Notes: generated by a model not told the origin, from the letters alone. Positions 8,735 to 19,156 are shown, counted from the stretch's first letter. The stretch: 64,000 bases of DNA from a virus (IMGVR_UViG_3300035698_001480:535-64534), one strand, 5' to 3'. Made by a program: numbers and translations.

Positions 8735-9832
8735 ATGGGATTTAAAGATGTTGCAAAAAAAGGAAGAGAAAGGGGTAAGAAAGGATTAAACAAAGGAATT
8801 CCTATACCATTCCCTAAATTAAAGAAGTATCTTCCTAATATACAAGCTAAACTCTACAATTGTTCGGCGGATAGTGGGGTAGGTAAAACTAAATGGGTTA
8901 ATTTCCTATTCATGTATAATACATTCTTTCAATGGAAAGAAGGAACTATAGAAGACTTTGAAATAACATATCTTACTGCTGAAATGACTATAGAAGAACT
9001 TGTAGGAGAATTTCAAGCAATCTGTGTATACAAGTTCAATAACAAACAACTTACAGATACAGATCAGATATACTCTATGGGGGAGAATAAAATACCTAAA
9101 TCTTTGGATGATTATTTAGAATCTAAAGAGATGGGGAAGTTGTTAGAAGAGTTTGAATCTAAAGTTACTATCATTAATACTAAAATGACTCCTAAGTTTG
9201 TATTAAAAAAGATACATGATCTAGCAGAAGCTAACGGTACGATACACACTAAAACCATAAATGGTGTAGAAAAATTTAAAAATTACACTAAACATAATGA
9301 TAATAAATGGTGTATATTTATATTTGATAATTTCCAAAAGATACAACCTACTGGTGGACAACTACTAAGACAAGCTATTATAGATACTTCTCTATATATG
9401 GATATATATGGAAGACAGAGATATGGATTTGTTATGGTAGGTATTCAGCAAGTAAACAGGAACTCTAAATCATTTGATAGATTTAAACTAGAACAGTTTT
9501 TCTCCTCAGAACAAGATTTAAAAGATTCTGAAGCACCTTTCCATGATGCTCAAGTATGCTTAACTCAGATAAGTCCTTTGAAACTAGGATTAGAAACATT
9601 CGATGGCTATACTATTAAAGGGAGTGATGGATTATACGATAGAATAAGAGCTATAAAGATTATTAAAAATCGTGGAGGACAATCATATAAAGTAGGATAC
9701 TTCATGTTTCTAGGAGAGAATTCTTTATATGCAGAATTACCTTATTCTGATAAGATGACTTCAGAATGGTATAAGAATATTAAAAGTTTAACTAAAATTA
9801 AAGAAGATACAGAACAAGTAAACATAAAATAA
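8735..9832 (+). CDS. dnaB: DnaB-like replicative helicase
   Basis: Walker A ADSGVGKT, LTAEM, FIFDNFQ, QQVNR, DLKDS, IIKNRGG. Confidence 0.88.
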   Translation: MGFKDVAKKGRERGKKGLNKGIPIPFPKLKKYLPNIQAKLYNCSADSGVGKTKWVNFLFMYNTFFQWKEGTIEDFEITYLTAEMTIEELVGEFQAICVYKFNNKQLTDTDQIYSMGENKIPKSLDDYLESKEMGKLLEEFESKVTIINTKMTPKFVLKKIHDLAEANGTIHTKTINGVEKFKNYTKHNDNKWCIFIFDNFQKIQPTGGQLLRQAIIDTSLYMDIYGRQRYGFVMVGIQQVNRNSKSFDRFKLEQFFSSEQDLKDSEAPFHDAQVCLTQISPLKLGLETFDGYTIKGSDGLYDRIRAIKIIKNRGGQSYKVGYFMFLGENSLYAELPYSDKMTSEWYKNIKSLTKIKEDTEQVNIK

Positions 9833-9834
9833 AT

Positions 9835-10557
9835 ATGGCAATAAGATTAGGAATAATAGGAATACCTAATTCAGGTAAATCATATAGTAGAAAAACAATA
9901 GTTAAGGGAGAAGAAGTATTTATACTAGCCCCTTCTCATAAAGCTGCACATATTACAGATAGTAGTGGTAAGCCATTACAAAGAATGAAACTAGATAAAG
10001 ATAAAAAATACGAATCAGGAAACTGGATATTAGTAAAATCTTTAGATGCTTTATCTAAAATGCTTAAATATGTGGACAAATCATTACCTCAAATAAAGAC
10101 TATTATTATACCAGACTTTACACACTTTATAAGTAGGGTTGTAGCAGATAAAGCATTCATACAAAGGAAATCTGGTGGTGAGGCTTTCCAAAGATTTTGG
10201 GAATTAGCTGGAGATACACTTAATAACTTTATACTTAGTATTGACGATCTAAGAGATGACTTAATTGTTGTTACAGAATATCATTCAGAGTATTCAGAGG
10301 TAGAAGAAGTCTATAAAATATTTGTCCCTGGGGGAAAGATGCTTGAGGAAAAGTTTAAATTAGATTCTTATTATGATTTTATGCTATCTACTCATGTAGA
10401 AAAGGATGAAAAAGGAGAAGTATCTTCTCATAACTTTGTTACTAGAAAATGGGGAAAGTATAATGCTAGAAGTGCTGAATTATTTAAAGAAACTCTAATC
10501 CCAAATGATTTAGAAATAGTACTAAATAAAATGAGAGAATACTTAGGGATGGAATAG
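9835..10557 (+). CDS. P-loop ATPase (AAA_24/Sak4-like recombination ATPase)
   Basis: GIPNSGKS, IIIPDF, GKMLEEK, IPNDL; replication-module position. Confidence 0.8.
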   Translation: MAIRLGIIGIPNSGKSYSRKTIVKGEEVFILAPSHKAAHITDSSGKPLQRMKLDKDKKYESGNWILVKSLDALSKMLKYVDKSLPQIKTIIIPDFTHFISRVVADKAFIQRKSGGEAFQRFWELAGDTLNNFILSIDDLRDDLIVVTEYHSEYSEVEEVYKIFVPGGKMLEEKFKLDSYYDFMLSTHVEKDEKGEVSSHNFVTRKWGKYNARSAELFKETLIPNDLEIVLNKMREYLGME

Positions 10558-10626
10558 TATTTTTAATATATTACATAAATAAAATTAATATACTTAATAA
10601 CAAATAGTAAAACAGTAAAACATAAA

Positions 10627-11742
10627 ATGCTAAATCTAACAGACAAAGAAATCAGTATCTTCAAATCAGCTAATAAGAAACGTGAAAAAATATTAGCTGG
10701 TAGATTAGGTACAACAGTAGAAGAGATATATAAGAAGTATTATATACGCAGAGGACCTAATAGAGTAGTTACAAAAAGACCGGCTAAAACAAAAACTAAT
10801 CTTAGAGAAGAATTTATCCAGAAGAAAATCTCTGAAATAGAAGGAGACGATAAAGTATGCGAAAAATGCCCTTTAACAGAATTTGGTAAACTTAAAGTAA
10901 ATACTGGACCAAATAATAGATGTGATGGTTCTAAATGTACAGAAGTACTTAAATCACTTAGAGAAGAGTTTGGTGACGAGTTTGATATTGAAGAGAATCA
11001 AGAAGAGATTTGTAAATTATGGGAAGAAGACATACTACCAGAGAAAAATATGTCTCCAGGAACAGTATGTGAAGGGTCTTATTGTGAAGAAGCCCAAGAA
11101 GTATTCCTCAGTAACCTAGAAGAGAAGCCTACTATCCACATAGTAAATATCTTGGATAACTCAGGATCTATGCAAGGAAATAAGTTTGATAATGCTGTTA
11201 AAGGACTTAAAACAGAATACGCTACACTACTTGCTGCTACAACAGTAAATTATAAATACACATTAGCTCACTTTAAATATATAAATAGAGGCTTTCCTAC
11301 AATTCCTATCTTTAATGAGAATCTATCTACCTTAGATATAGATCACATTAGTACTGATACAAATACTCCTTTATATGATACTATAGTGGAAGTAATAGAG
11401 ACATTAGCAAAATTGCCTAAATCTGATGATAAAGTCTTAATAAAGATATTTACAGATGGTGATGATTTTGGTAGTAGACATACGTCAGTGAGTGCCAAAC
11501 GTAGTATAAAAACTGCTGAAAGTCAAGGTATTACTATTACATTTGTAGGAACTAATAAGGATGTAACCTATATTACTAAAATATTAGACTTAGAAGATTC
11601 TAATACTCTAGGTTATGAAAATAATGCTAAAGGTGTTAAACAAGCTTTTGAGACAACCATAACTGCTACAAGAGCTTATTCTAAGAAAGTAGTAGCTAAA
11701 GAAGATGTAAGTAGAGGATTTTATAAAAAAATAATTAAATAA
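10627..11742 (+). CDS. vWA (TerY-like) domain protein with Cys-rich N-terminal region
   Basis: MIDAS ILDNSGSM, TPLYD, IFTDGDD, ITFVG. Confidence 0.85.
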   Translation: MLNLTDKEISIFKSANKKREKILAGRLGTTVEEIYKKYYIRRGPNRVVTKRPAKTKTNLREEFIQKKISEIEGDDKVCEKCPLTEFGKLKVNTGPNNRCDGSKCTEVLKSLREEFGDEFDIEENQEEICKLWEEDILPEKNMSPGTVCEGSYCEEAQEVFLSNLEEKPTIHIVNILDNSGSMQGNKFDNAVKGLKTEYATLLAATTVNYKYTLAHFKYINRGFPTIPIFNENLSTLDIDHISTDTNTPLYDTIVEVIETLAKLPKSDDKVLIKIFTDGDDFGSRHTSVSAKRSIKTAESQGITITFVGTNKDVTYITKILDLEDSNTLGYENNAKGVKQAFETTITATRAYSKKVVAKEDVSRGFYKKIIK

Positions 11743-11755
11743 TAAACATATCAAA

Positions 11756-12283
11756 ATGAAAAAAGGAAATTTTATATCAGATACAACATTTTCAGTAATT
11801 GAAGAAGTTAAAAAAGATTCAGTAATTGTAAAATCTGGAGCAGATAAAATTGAGTTAAGTAAAGATTACATAGAGAAATACTGCTGTAATGCAGAAACAT
11901 TCACTAATGTACAGAAATTAGCAGAGAAAGACTTAATAGCTATTTGCCTAGCTAATCCAATGACTGCTATAACAGTATGCTTTATAAAGAAAATTAAGAA
12001 TAAGTCTAATAAAGCTTATAAAATTGAATTAGATAATAGAGAGAAAGAAGTAGAACAAGACTTCCTAAAAAGAGGATCTATAGCACTTAGAGATGCTTTA
12101 GAAAATCCTGTATTAATAACACCTGCTGGAATTGAAAGAGTTATGATAGGGTTCCATAAAGCAGAACAAACGAATAAAGGACATTTGAATTTCTATGAGA
12201 AATCCGCAAGTATGTGGAAAAATATAAACACTCAAGATTTTCAATATGTTATAGTTAATAACACTAAATACATTAAGAAATAA
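11756..12283 (+). CDS. hypothetical protein
   Basis: 175-aa ORF following vWA gene. Confidence 0.7.
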   Translation: MKKGNFISDTTFSVIEEVKKDSVIVKSGADKIELSKDYIEKYCCNAETFTNVQKLAEKDLIAICLANPMTAITVCFIKKIKNKSNKAYKIELDNREKEVEQDFLKRGSIALRDALENPVLITPAGIERVMIGFHKAEQTNKGHLNFYEKSASMWKNINTQDFQYVIVNNTKYIKK

Positions 12284-12315
12284 TTTGCAATTAAAGACTA
12301 CAAAGTTTACATTTG
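12284..12315 (+). promoter_or_regulatory. Bacteroidota primary-sigma promoter (-33/-7)
   Basis: TTTG (12284-12287), 20 nt spacer, TACATTTG (12308-12315); matches TTTG-N19-21-TAnnTTTG; intergenic. Confidence 0.8.
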
Positions 12316-12354
12316 CAATCCAATAAATTTTAAACACGTAAAACATTTAAAAGT

Positions 12355-12924
12355 ATGCGTACAATAGATTACAATTTCTTTTCAGTATCAAGAGCAGATA
12401 AAAAAGTAACAGTTATAGGTATTGAGATAGTAACATTAGATCACGTTACTAAGATTAAACTACCAACAGCAAATACTTTAAATCTTGAAAAAGATGATAA
12501 GTTACTTCTTACAGCAATTAATGAAACACCAGCTTTTATTAAAGTTACAGAAGATACTCCAAAGGAAGCTCTTAAATTATCAGCTAAATTTAATATTGGG
12601 GATAATACAATTAACTCTCAAAACTTAGCTAAAGTATTAAAGAAACATTTCAAGTTAAAAACTAATGATGATACATTAGTAGGAGAAACAGAAGAATTAA
12701 TGCTTGGGGAAAATAATGATATTCCGGTATTACTAATTAAAACCCTTACTACAAAGACTATTACAAAAGAAGATGATGAGCAAGTAGCATTTGCAGAAAT
12801 TATTCCTGAAGTAGAAGTTATCGTTGAACCTACTCTTGATGTAGTGGTAACTCCTGTAGTAACATTACCATCAGATGTAACAGGAGAATTTCCTGAAACT
12901 GATAGCATATTATCAGGATTTTAA
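12355..12924 (+). CDS. hypothetical protein with acidic tail
   Basis: 189 aa; own promoter and terminator. Confidence 0.75.
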   Translation: MRTIDYNFFSVSRADKKVTVIGIEIVTLDHVTKIKLPTANTLNLEKDDKLLLTAINETPAFIKVTEDTPKEALKLSAKFNIGDNTINSQNLAKVLKKHFKLKTNDDTLVGETEELMLGENNDIPVLLIKTLTTKTITKEDDEQVAFAEIIPEVEVIVEPTLDVVVTPVVTLPSDVTGEFPETDSILSGF

Positions 12925-12948
12925 TAGATTACAATAACAAAACATTAC

Positions 12949-12974
12949 AAGCCTAGCTAAGTCTAGGCTTTTTA
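12949..12974 (+). terminator. rho-independent terminator
   Basis: AAGCCTAG-CTAAGT-CTAGGCTT-TTT. Confidence 0.7.
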
Positions 12975-13009
12975 CTTAATATTTATAATAACACTTAAAA
13001 TAATAAATT

Positions 13010-13615
13010 ATGTATGATTTTTCAGTAGACAATACAACAGATCAAACAATTTCTAAATTTTTAAGCATTAACAAAGTAGAGGATCATATTCAAAAAGTTA
13101 AATTAGTATCATTAGAATTGTTTACAAGTTCTTTTGGTAAAGCTTGTAAAGTAACGGTATCTAAAGGAGGTTTAGAAGTTAATGGTTTTATGTTTAATGA
13201 ATTAGTTGAAGGTAAGAAATTTCCTGATGGAAAACCAGATACTGTAGAATCTCAAACAACACGTATGAAAGCAGTTATTGCACAATTAGGTGCTTGTACT
13301 GTAGGAGACACATTCAAAATTACACCAACAGCTCAATCTTTTGAAGAGTTGATTGATGGGCTTAAAATAGCATTAAAAGGGCATTTCAATACTACAGAAT
13401 TCTTTGTACGTTTAAGTCTAAATAAAGATTTCTTTGCCGGGATTAATGTTGCAGGAGGAAGACTATTTGCTGAAACAGCTGATAAATTAGAACCTTCTGA
13501 TAAATCTCTAGGATTCCTAAGAGATAAACTAAATGCTAAACCAGATAATAACCCAACAGCCGCAGAAAGTACTCCTGATGCAGGGGATGATAACTCAGAT
13601 GACTTACCTTTCTAA
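13010..13615 (+). CDS. single-stranded DNA-binding protein (crAss-type)
   Basis: 201 aa; acidic C-tail DDNSDDLPF; directly upstream of primase. Confidence 0.7.
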   Translation: MYDFSVDNTTDQTISKFLSINKVEDHIQKVKLVSLELFTSSFGKACKVTVSKGGLEVNGFMFNELVEGKKFPDGKPDTVESQTTRMKAVIAQLGACTVGDTFKITPTAQSFEELIDGLKIALKGHFNTTEFFVRLSLNKDFFAGINVAGGRLFAETADKLEPSDKSLGFLRDKLNAKPDNNPTAAESTPDAGDDNSDDLPF

Positions 13616-13635
13616 TATTTTTATTAACTAAAACT

Positions 13636-13667
13636 ATCCCCATGACTTAGATGTTATGGGGATTTTC
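13636..13667 (+). terminator. rho-independent terminator
   Basis: ATCCCCATGAC-TTAGAT-GTTATGGGGAT-TTT. Confidence 0.7.
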
Positions 13668-13672
13668 TATTT

Positions 13673-14764
13673 ATGTACACTTTTGAAGTAAAACCGAAAT
13701 TATGTAAAGAGAATATTTACAAGAAAGTAACTGAATTAGAAATATTTCAAGATTTAGTTCCTAATGCAGTATTTGGTAGAAGTTTTTCAATTAGAAATGA
13801 GAAGAATAAATCTGCTTCTTTAAGTATGTTTAATAATTCACCATATTTAAAAGACTTCGGTGATGCTAATCAAATCAAGGGAGAAAATTGGATCAATTAT
13901 CTAATCAGGGAGAATTCATGGAGTAATGATTTAGAAGGTTATTTAAAAGCACTCGATTGGGCAAATAAGAGGTTTAATTGTGGTTTAGAGAACTTCTCAG
14001 GAACTTCTGGAATAATAACACAGAAAAAGAATAGAGTTCCTTATAAAGCTTTAAATATAGAAAGACAACCATCTATTATTGAGATTAAAAGAAGTGTAGG
14101 ATGGAAGAGAGAAGAATTAGAATATTGGTTCCAATTTGGTATCACACAGAAAGAGTTAGAAAGTAAAGGTATTTGTCCTTTAGATTACTTCTGGATAACT
14201 AATCCTAAGAAAGGTAACGTAAGGAGATTATTTAATGTTAAATATAAACTATGCTTTGCCTATCCTTACTATAGTGATGATAAGGGGGTATTTATGTATA
14301 AAATATATTCTCCTTTATCTAACTTTAAATGGACCAGTAATGTTAATCAAAATGTAATAGAGAACGCAAGGTTCATAAAGAAACCTAGAAAGAATTGTAT
14401 TATACAATCTTCTTTAAAAGATATTCTAGTAATGGAATATTATAGAGATGAATATGATATATTTAAAGATTATGATATTATAGCTCCTATAGCTGAAGGA
14501 ATATGGTTTGATGCTAAATGGGAGAAGATTAAAGAAACTTATGATAATATAATATTATATGGTAATAATGACTTTAATAAAGCAGCTAACTCAGGATTAG
14601 AGTATGCTAGACATTGGTCACAAGAATATAATATACCATTTGTGATTAATCCGGATTGGTGTGAAGCCAGTGATATTAGTGATTATAGAAGAGATACTAA
14701 TGAAGAAGAGACTTACCATTTATTAAAAATAATTGAAAACCAAGTAAAACTACTTATAATATGA
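13673..14764 (+). CDS. dnaG: DNA primase (crAss-type DnaG/TOPRIM)
   Basis: RNEKNKSAS, LKDFG, YWFQFGIT, YKIYSP, IIQSSLKDILV, APIAEG, GNND, SDISDY. Confidence 0.8.
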   Translation: MYTFEVKPKLCKENIYKKVTELEIFQDLVPNAVFGRSFSIRNEKNKSASLSMFNNSPYLKDFGDANQIKGENWINYLIRENSWSNDLEGYLKALDWANKRFNCGLENFSGTSGIITQKKNRVPYKALNIERQPSIIEIKRSVGWKREELEYWFQFGITQKELESKGICPLDYFWITNPKKGNVRRLFNVKYKLCFAYPYYSDDKGVFMYKIYSPLSNFKWTSNVNQNVIENARFIKKPRKNCIIQSSLKDILVMEYYRDEYDIFKDYDIIAPIAEGIWFDAKWEKIKETYDNIILYGNNDFNKAANSGLEYARHWSQEYNIPFVINPDWCEASDISDYRRDTNEEETYHLLKIIENQVKLLII

Positions 14765-15201
14765 TAATAAATAAAGAAGAACAAGAAAAAATTACAATTA
14801 ATATTAGAAATGATAAGAGTTTATATAACTGGATATTAAATAATAACTACAATTCTATTGAAAGTGTGATAGAAAACTTCAAAGCTTATATTAAAGCTAT
14901 AAAAGAAGGTAGAATGATATGTTCTATAGGTTCAGTATCACAGTCAGGTATGAGCAGAACTATTAAGTTTCTATCTTGTGAAAAATCAAATAAAAGATAT
15001 TACTACCGTAATTATTATTCTGTATTCCACTCTTTAGGATTTACTAGAGTAAAAGATTCAGACTATTTTAGAATATCAGGTTGTGGTATGGATATGATAT
15101 TTCATACTAATTATACTATTATACGTAAGTTACACAGATTAGGATTTATAAATAAAAAAGAAGTAGAAATATTAAAACAAAAAACTCCAAGTATTATATG
15201 A
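14761..15201 (+). CDS. conserved phage hypothetical protein
   Basis: SVSQSGMSRTIKF...GCGMDMIF motif. Confidence 0.75.
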   Translation: MIINKEEQEKITINIRNDKSLYNWILNNNYNSIESVIENFKAYIKAIKEGRMICSIGSVSQSGMSRTIKFLSCEKSNKRYYYRNYYSVFHSLGFTRVKDSDYFRISGCGMDMIFHTNYTIIRKLHRLGFINKKEVEILKQKTPSII

Positions 15202-15231
15202 AAAGAATAGGAGAAGTATTAGAAAAAATAT

Positions 15232-15366
15232 ATGACTAAAGAAGAACTAATAGAAAAGATACAATCATTGATAGATTTAGATGGTGATGAATGTACAGAT
15301 GGTGAAGTATTAGACCTAATTCAAGAACTTTTAGAAAATGAACATGAAATAGAAATAAATGAATAA
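15232..15366 (+). CDS. small acidic protein (44 aa)
   Basis: MTKEELIEKIQSLIDLDGDECTDGEVLDLIQELLE...; overlaps next start. Confidence 0.5.
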   Translation: MTKEELIEKIQSLIDLDGDECTDGEVLDLIQELLENEHEIEINE

Positions 15367-16141
15367 ACTAACAATAGTAGATACATCTTCTATCTTCTTT
15401 CAAGTAGCACATTCAGCAGAGAAATATAGAAATTCTCTACCTGAAGCGTTATACTATGCTGAACAGAAGTTAGAAGGAATATTGAATGAAACTAAATGTA
15501 GTCATTATATAGCCTTTACTGATAAAGGTAAGAATACATTCAGACATAAGCTATTACCTATATTTAAAGCCGATAGACCTCCTATAACATTACCTTATAT
15601 TTATGATATAAAGAATCATCTAATAGCTTAATATAGCATAGTATCTTATGAAGAGATAGAATCAGATGACTTAGTAGTATTACATAAGGAATATTATAAA
15701 GGTGCTTACGATGTAACTATAGCAGCTATAGATTCTGATTTAAGGCAGATAGATGGAAAGTTCTTCAACTATAAGTTCAATGCTGATCCTAAATGGGAAG
15801 ATATTACTCCAGAAAGAGCTAACTATTTAGTTTGGTATTATGTATTAGCTGGAAGTCACAATGGCTTAAAAGGCTTAAAAGGTTGTGGGGAGAAGGCTGT
15901 AGAAGCTTACTTTAAACATTACACCGATACACAATTAAAATATGCTACATTACAGGCATATATAGAAGGAATAGATAAAAAGAAATATGGAACATCCAGA
16001 AATGTATCTGGTATGGGATTACAGCAAGGATTAGCAGAGTTCTACAAGAACTTTACATCTACATATCTACTAAGAAATTTAGATGAATGTAGTGTTCACG
16101 GAATTGAACTTAAAATAACAGAACCTATAAAATGGAAATAA
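15359..16141 (+). pseudogene. 5'-3' exonuclease / flap endonuclease (T5 D15/T7 gp6-like) interrupted by an in-frame TAA at 15629-15631
   Basis: N-part IVDTS, FRHKLLPIFKADR; same frame continues after the stop with EIESDDL, IDSDLRQIDG, GLKGCGEK to TAA 16139-16141. Confidence 0.8.
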
Positions 16142-16929
16142 CCATAGAAAATGGAAAAAATATTAATTACGAAATTGTAAATAAAAGGAGTATTGAGGTA
16201 TTTACTACATCAAAGAAAGTAGATCATTGGATAACGGAAGAGAAATGTAATAAAACAATTAATTCAATTACATTTGATAAAAATTATACAATAGCTATAG
16301 GAGATGAACTTCCTGTTACTATGGAAGATGCAGATACCTCTCTAAAGTCTACTTATATAGTAAATCATATAGAAAAGACTACTATGAATAGTTATATATT
16401 AATAGAAGAATTACCTTTAGTATCTAATTATTTCCTATTACCATCTATAATAGAAAGAGACCCGAAAGATTATAGTATAATTGGATCATTTATGAATTGT
16501 TACATAGGTACTGAATTAGCGTGTAAATGGAAAGATGATACTGGATTGTTATATGTAAAGTATAGATTTAACCCATTTAATTCTTTTATGGAACTAGATA
16601 GAAGGTTAGTGGGTAAAAGTAATTTCAAAGATAAAATAGTACAGAAGAGGTTTATTATTTATATATTTAAAATACAAGAATGTTTTCTAAAGGATGTATT
16701 CTGTTATCTAAGTAATGAATATTATAACATTAGTGAAGCTTATGCTAAGAGAATAATAGAAGTATTCTCTTTAGATCCTGTAGATAAAGTATATAGACTT
16801 TTCTTTGATAGAGAAAATCTAAGAAAAGAAATGGAAGAATCCTGGGGATGGAATGAAGTTAAAAAAACAAGAGGTACAGAGATACCTTTATTTGAAAAAC
16901 CAATTAAACCAATACTAAAAGATGAATAA
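16132..16929 (+). CDS. hypothetical protein
   Basis: 265-aa ORF, coupled. Confidence 0.75.
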   Translation: MEITIENGKNINYEIVNKRSIEVFTTSKKVDHWITEEKCNKTINSITFDKNYTIAIGDELPVTMEDADTSLKSTYIVNHIEKTTMNSYILIEELPLVSNYFLLPSIIERDPKDYSIIGSFMNCYIGTELACKWKDDTGLLYVKYRFNPFNSFMELDRRLVGKSNFKDKIVQKRFIIYIFKIQECFLKDVFCYLSNEYYNISEAYAKRIIEVFSLDPVDKVYRLFFDRENLRKEMEESWGWNEVKKTRGTEIPLFEKPIKPILKDE

Positions 16930-17989
16930 GGAAGAAGTAAGTATAGCAGAATTTGTTATTAATTGGACAACATACAATGAAGATTATAAAAATAACTACA
17001 ATTTAGTAGCAGAATTAAACTCTATTAGGAAGTTCAAGCTATCTAAAAGTCTAAAAGCACAATTTATAAAAGAAAGTACTAGATTTTCAGAGGTGACACC
17101 AGATACTTGGAGAGTAGTAAGTAAGTATTGGGATTCTATAAAAACTAACTTTAATCCTGACTATTCGCACAATAAGTTTTTATTAGGGGCTACTGTATGG
17201 TGTTATAATGATAAACTACAAGAAGTTTACAGTTTTACAATAACTCATTTATCTAAAAGAGTAAAACATTGTAAATATTTTAGTTTTAAGCATAGAGCAG
17301 AAGCAGAATTATCTGAAGCATCAAGGATTAAAGTTGGAGATTATATCAAAAACAAAGAAAATAAGTTTATAATGTATGTTACTGGGATAGATTCAGAATG
17401 TGTTCTAGGATATGGGTTTGATTATAAAGGGGGTTGGTTTAATGATAGTGACGGTGAAAACGGATACACAGTACAATATGATAGTCCTACTATAGTACTA
17501 GCTACTAAAGAAGAGTTTGATACTAGATTGCTAGAATACGCTAAAGAGAATTATCCTGAAGGAACTAGATACAAGTGTGCAGATAATATAATAGTATCTA
17601 ACGGTATATATAAAAAAGTTTCTCATTTTGGTATATACAATTCTGAACATTGTTGGGCTGTATTATATGAAGGAATTTGGTCAGAAGTAATAGAAAAGCC
17701 ATTAACTAAATTAGAAGATGGTACTTTCTTGTATAAAAGTGATTTTAAAGAAGGTGAAGTTCATACTATTTATTTTGATAATTTTGATAGTGAAAAAGCA
17801 AGTGGGATACTTAGGTTTAAAGCTTGTAGTGAAAATAAATCACTTACCTGTACTAATAATATTTATGACCTTATACTTGATAATTATTCCGTTAGAAATA
17901 CTCGGGCTAATGATTGGTTTAATTTAAAACCTTCTACACCAGAAGAAATCAGATGGTTAGAAGAATGTGAAAGAGCCGGTTGTTTATAG
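16922..17989 (+). CDS. hypothetical mosaic protein, possibly continuous with next ORF via frameshift
   Basis: 355 aa; internal LATKEE / PSTPEEIRWLE segments. Confidence 0.7.
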   Translation: MNKEEVSIAEFVINWTTYNEDYKNNYNLVAELNSIRKFKLSKSLKAQFIKESTRFSEVTPDTWRVVSKYWDSIKTNFNPDYSHNKFLLGATVWCYNDKLQEVYSFTITHLSKRVKHCKYFSFKHRAEAELSEASRIKVGDYIKNKENKFIMYVTGIDSECVLGYGFDYKGGWFNDSDGENGYTVQYDSPTIVLATKEEFDTRLLEYAKENYPEGTRYKCADNIIVSNGIYKKVSHFGIYNSEHCWAVLYEGIWSEVIEKPLTKLEDGTFLYKSDFKEGEVHTIYFDNFDSEKASGILRFKACSENKSLTCTNNIYDLILDNYSVRNTRANDWFNLKPSTPEEIRWLEECERAGCL

Positions 17990-18288
17990 AGAAAGATAGT
18001 TGGGTTAAAACTAAGTTGTATTTAGGTAATGTAGAAGTTTACACAATTCAAGATTCTATTATATTTACCAATAATGGAAATGTAAAAATACAAGAATGGT
18101 TATTATGGTATAATAAGTTAATGATAGCTAAGAATACAGAAGGTGTAGCATTTATAGACTTATATTTAAGTACTCGTCAATCATACTTTTACCCTAAAGG
18201 TATTTTTAAAAATAGATTAGGGAACATATCTAACGTAAAATGGGAACAAGTAGAACTAATAACTAAAAGAATAAAAAATGAAGCTTAG
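17980..18288 (+). CDS. hypothetical protein or frameshifted 3' part of previous gene
   Basis: 102 aa, TTG start only. Confidence 0.5.
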   Translation: MFIEKDSWVKTKLYLGNVEVYTIQDSIIFTNNGNVKIQEWLLWYNKLMIAKNTEGVAFIDLYLSTRQSYFYPKGIFKNRLGNISNVKWEQVELITKRIKNEA

Positions 18289-18571
18289 AAAAGAAGATAA
18301 AGAGTTACTTAATAAGATTATATTAACTAAGAAGGAAGAAGTACAAACTAAAGCAAGTACAATGCTTCCTGATTATGTTTGGTTAAAGATATTTAAAACC
18401 TTTGAAGAACAAAGGCTTCTAAATGATACAGATTATACTAATGTTAGAGATAGTATCTCTGATGAGCTTATAGATGCCATTAGAGGTGAACCTACAGATG
18501 TAGAAGGTTTAGTAAAGAATGCTTTTGATTTATTTTATACTAAAATGCAAGAAGATGTGGAATCCGTTTAA
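18278..18571 (+). CDS. hypothetical protein
   Basis: 97-aa ORF, coupled. Confidence 0.65.
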   Translation: MKLRKEDKELLNKIILTKKEEVQTKASTMLPDYVWLKIFKTFEEQRLLNDTDYTNVRDSISDELIDAIRGEPTDVEGLVKNAFDLFYTKMQEDVESV

Positions 18572-18800
18572 AAAAGAAAGTATTGATAAGATAGTTAAAG
18601 TACTTTCAGAGTTAGAATTAAAGAAGTTAGCTATGGATATAGCTACAGAAATTACTATAAAGATGTTCAATAGTAATCCTATATTCGGAAATACCGGTAT
18701 ATATAGTAAAAAGAAACACCAGCAGTATTCAGAACCTTTTCAAATAGAATTGGATAAACACTATACTTATTTTTATAACAAGATTAAAGAAGCTAAATAA
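18555..18800 (+). CDS. hypothetical protein
   Basis: Likely start MWNPFKK at 18555; stop overlaps MazG ATG. Confidence 0.55.
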   Translation: MWNPFKKESIDKIVKVLSELELKKLAMDIATEITIKMFNSNPIFGNTGIYSKKKHQQYSEPFQIELDKHYTYFYNKIKEAK

Positions 18801-19156
18801 TGGAATTAAATAAATACCAAGAACAGGCAATGACTACTTGTATGGAGAGTAGTAATAATTTCTCTTATATGGTGTTGAATCTAGTAGGAGAAGTTGGAGA
18901 ATTAGCTAGTAAAGTAGCTAAAGGTATCAGAAAAGAAACTATGGTAATAAAAGATAATAATCTTAGTATGAACGATCAATCTTCTGATAAATCTATAGAA
19001 AATATAAAATTTGAACTAGGTGATATCTTATGGCAACTTTCAGGATTATGTAGTACTTTAGATTGTTCCTTGGAAGATATAGCTCAAATGAACTTAGATA
19101 AGTTAACTTCCAGGAAAGAAAGAAAAGTAATTGAAGGTAACGGAGATAATAGATAA
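18800..19156 (+). CDS. mazG: MazG-like nucleotide pyrophosphohydrolase
   Basis: YQEQA, LVGEVGEL, ELGDILWQ, NLDKL..R, GNGDNR. Confidence 0.92.
   Translation: MELNKYQEQAMTTCMESSNNFSYMVLNLVGEVGELASKVAKGIRKETMVIKDNNLSMNDQSSDKSIENIKFELGDILWQLSGLCSTLDCSLEDIAQMNLDKLTSRKERKVIEGNGDNR

Noticed and set aside
2696-9832. Inteins or group I introns in polymerase or helicases
   Set aside because: Proteins are compact, motifs are normally spaced and no homing endonuclease signatures are visible
10922-17927. Alternative-frame + strand ORFs 10922-11119 and 17718-17927
   Set aside because: Nested in longer genes, with no motifs or start context
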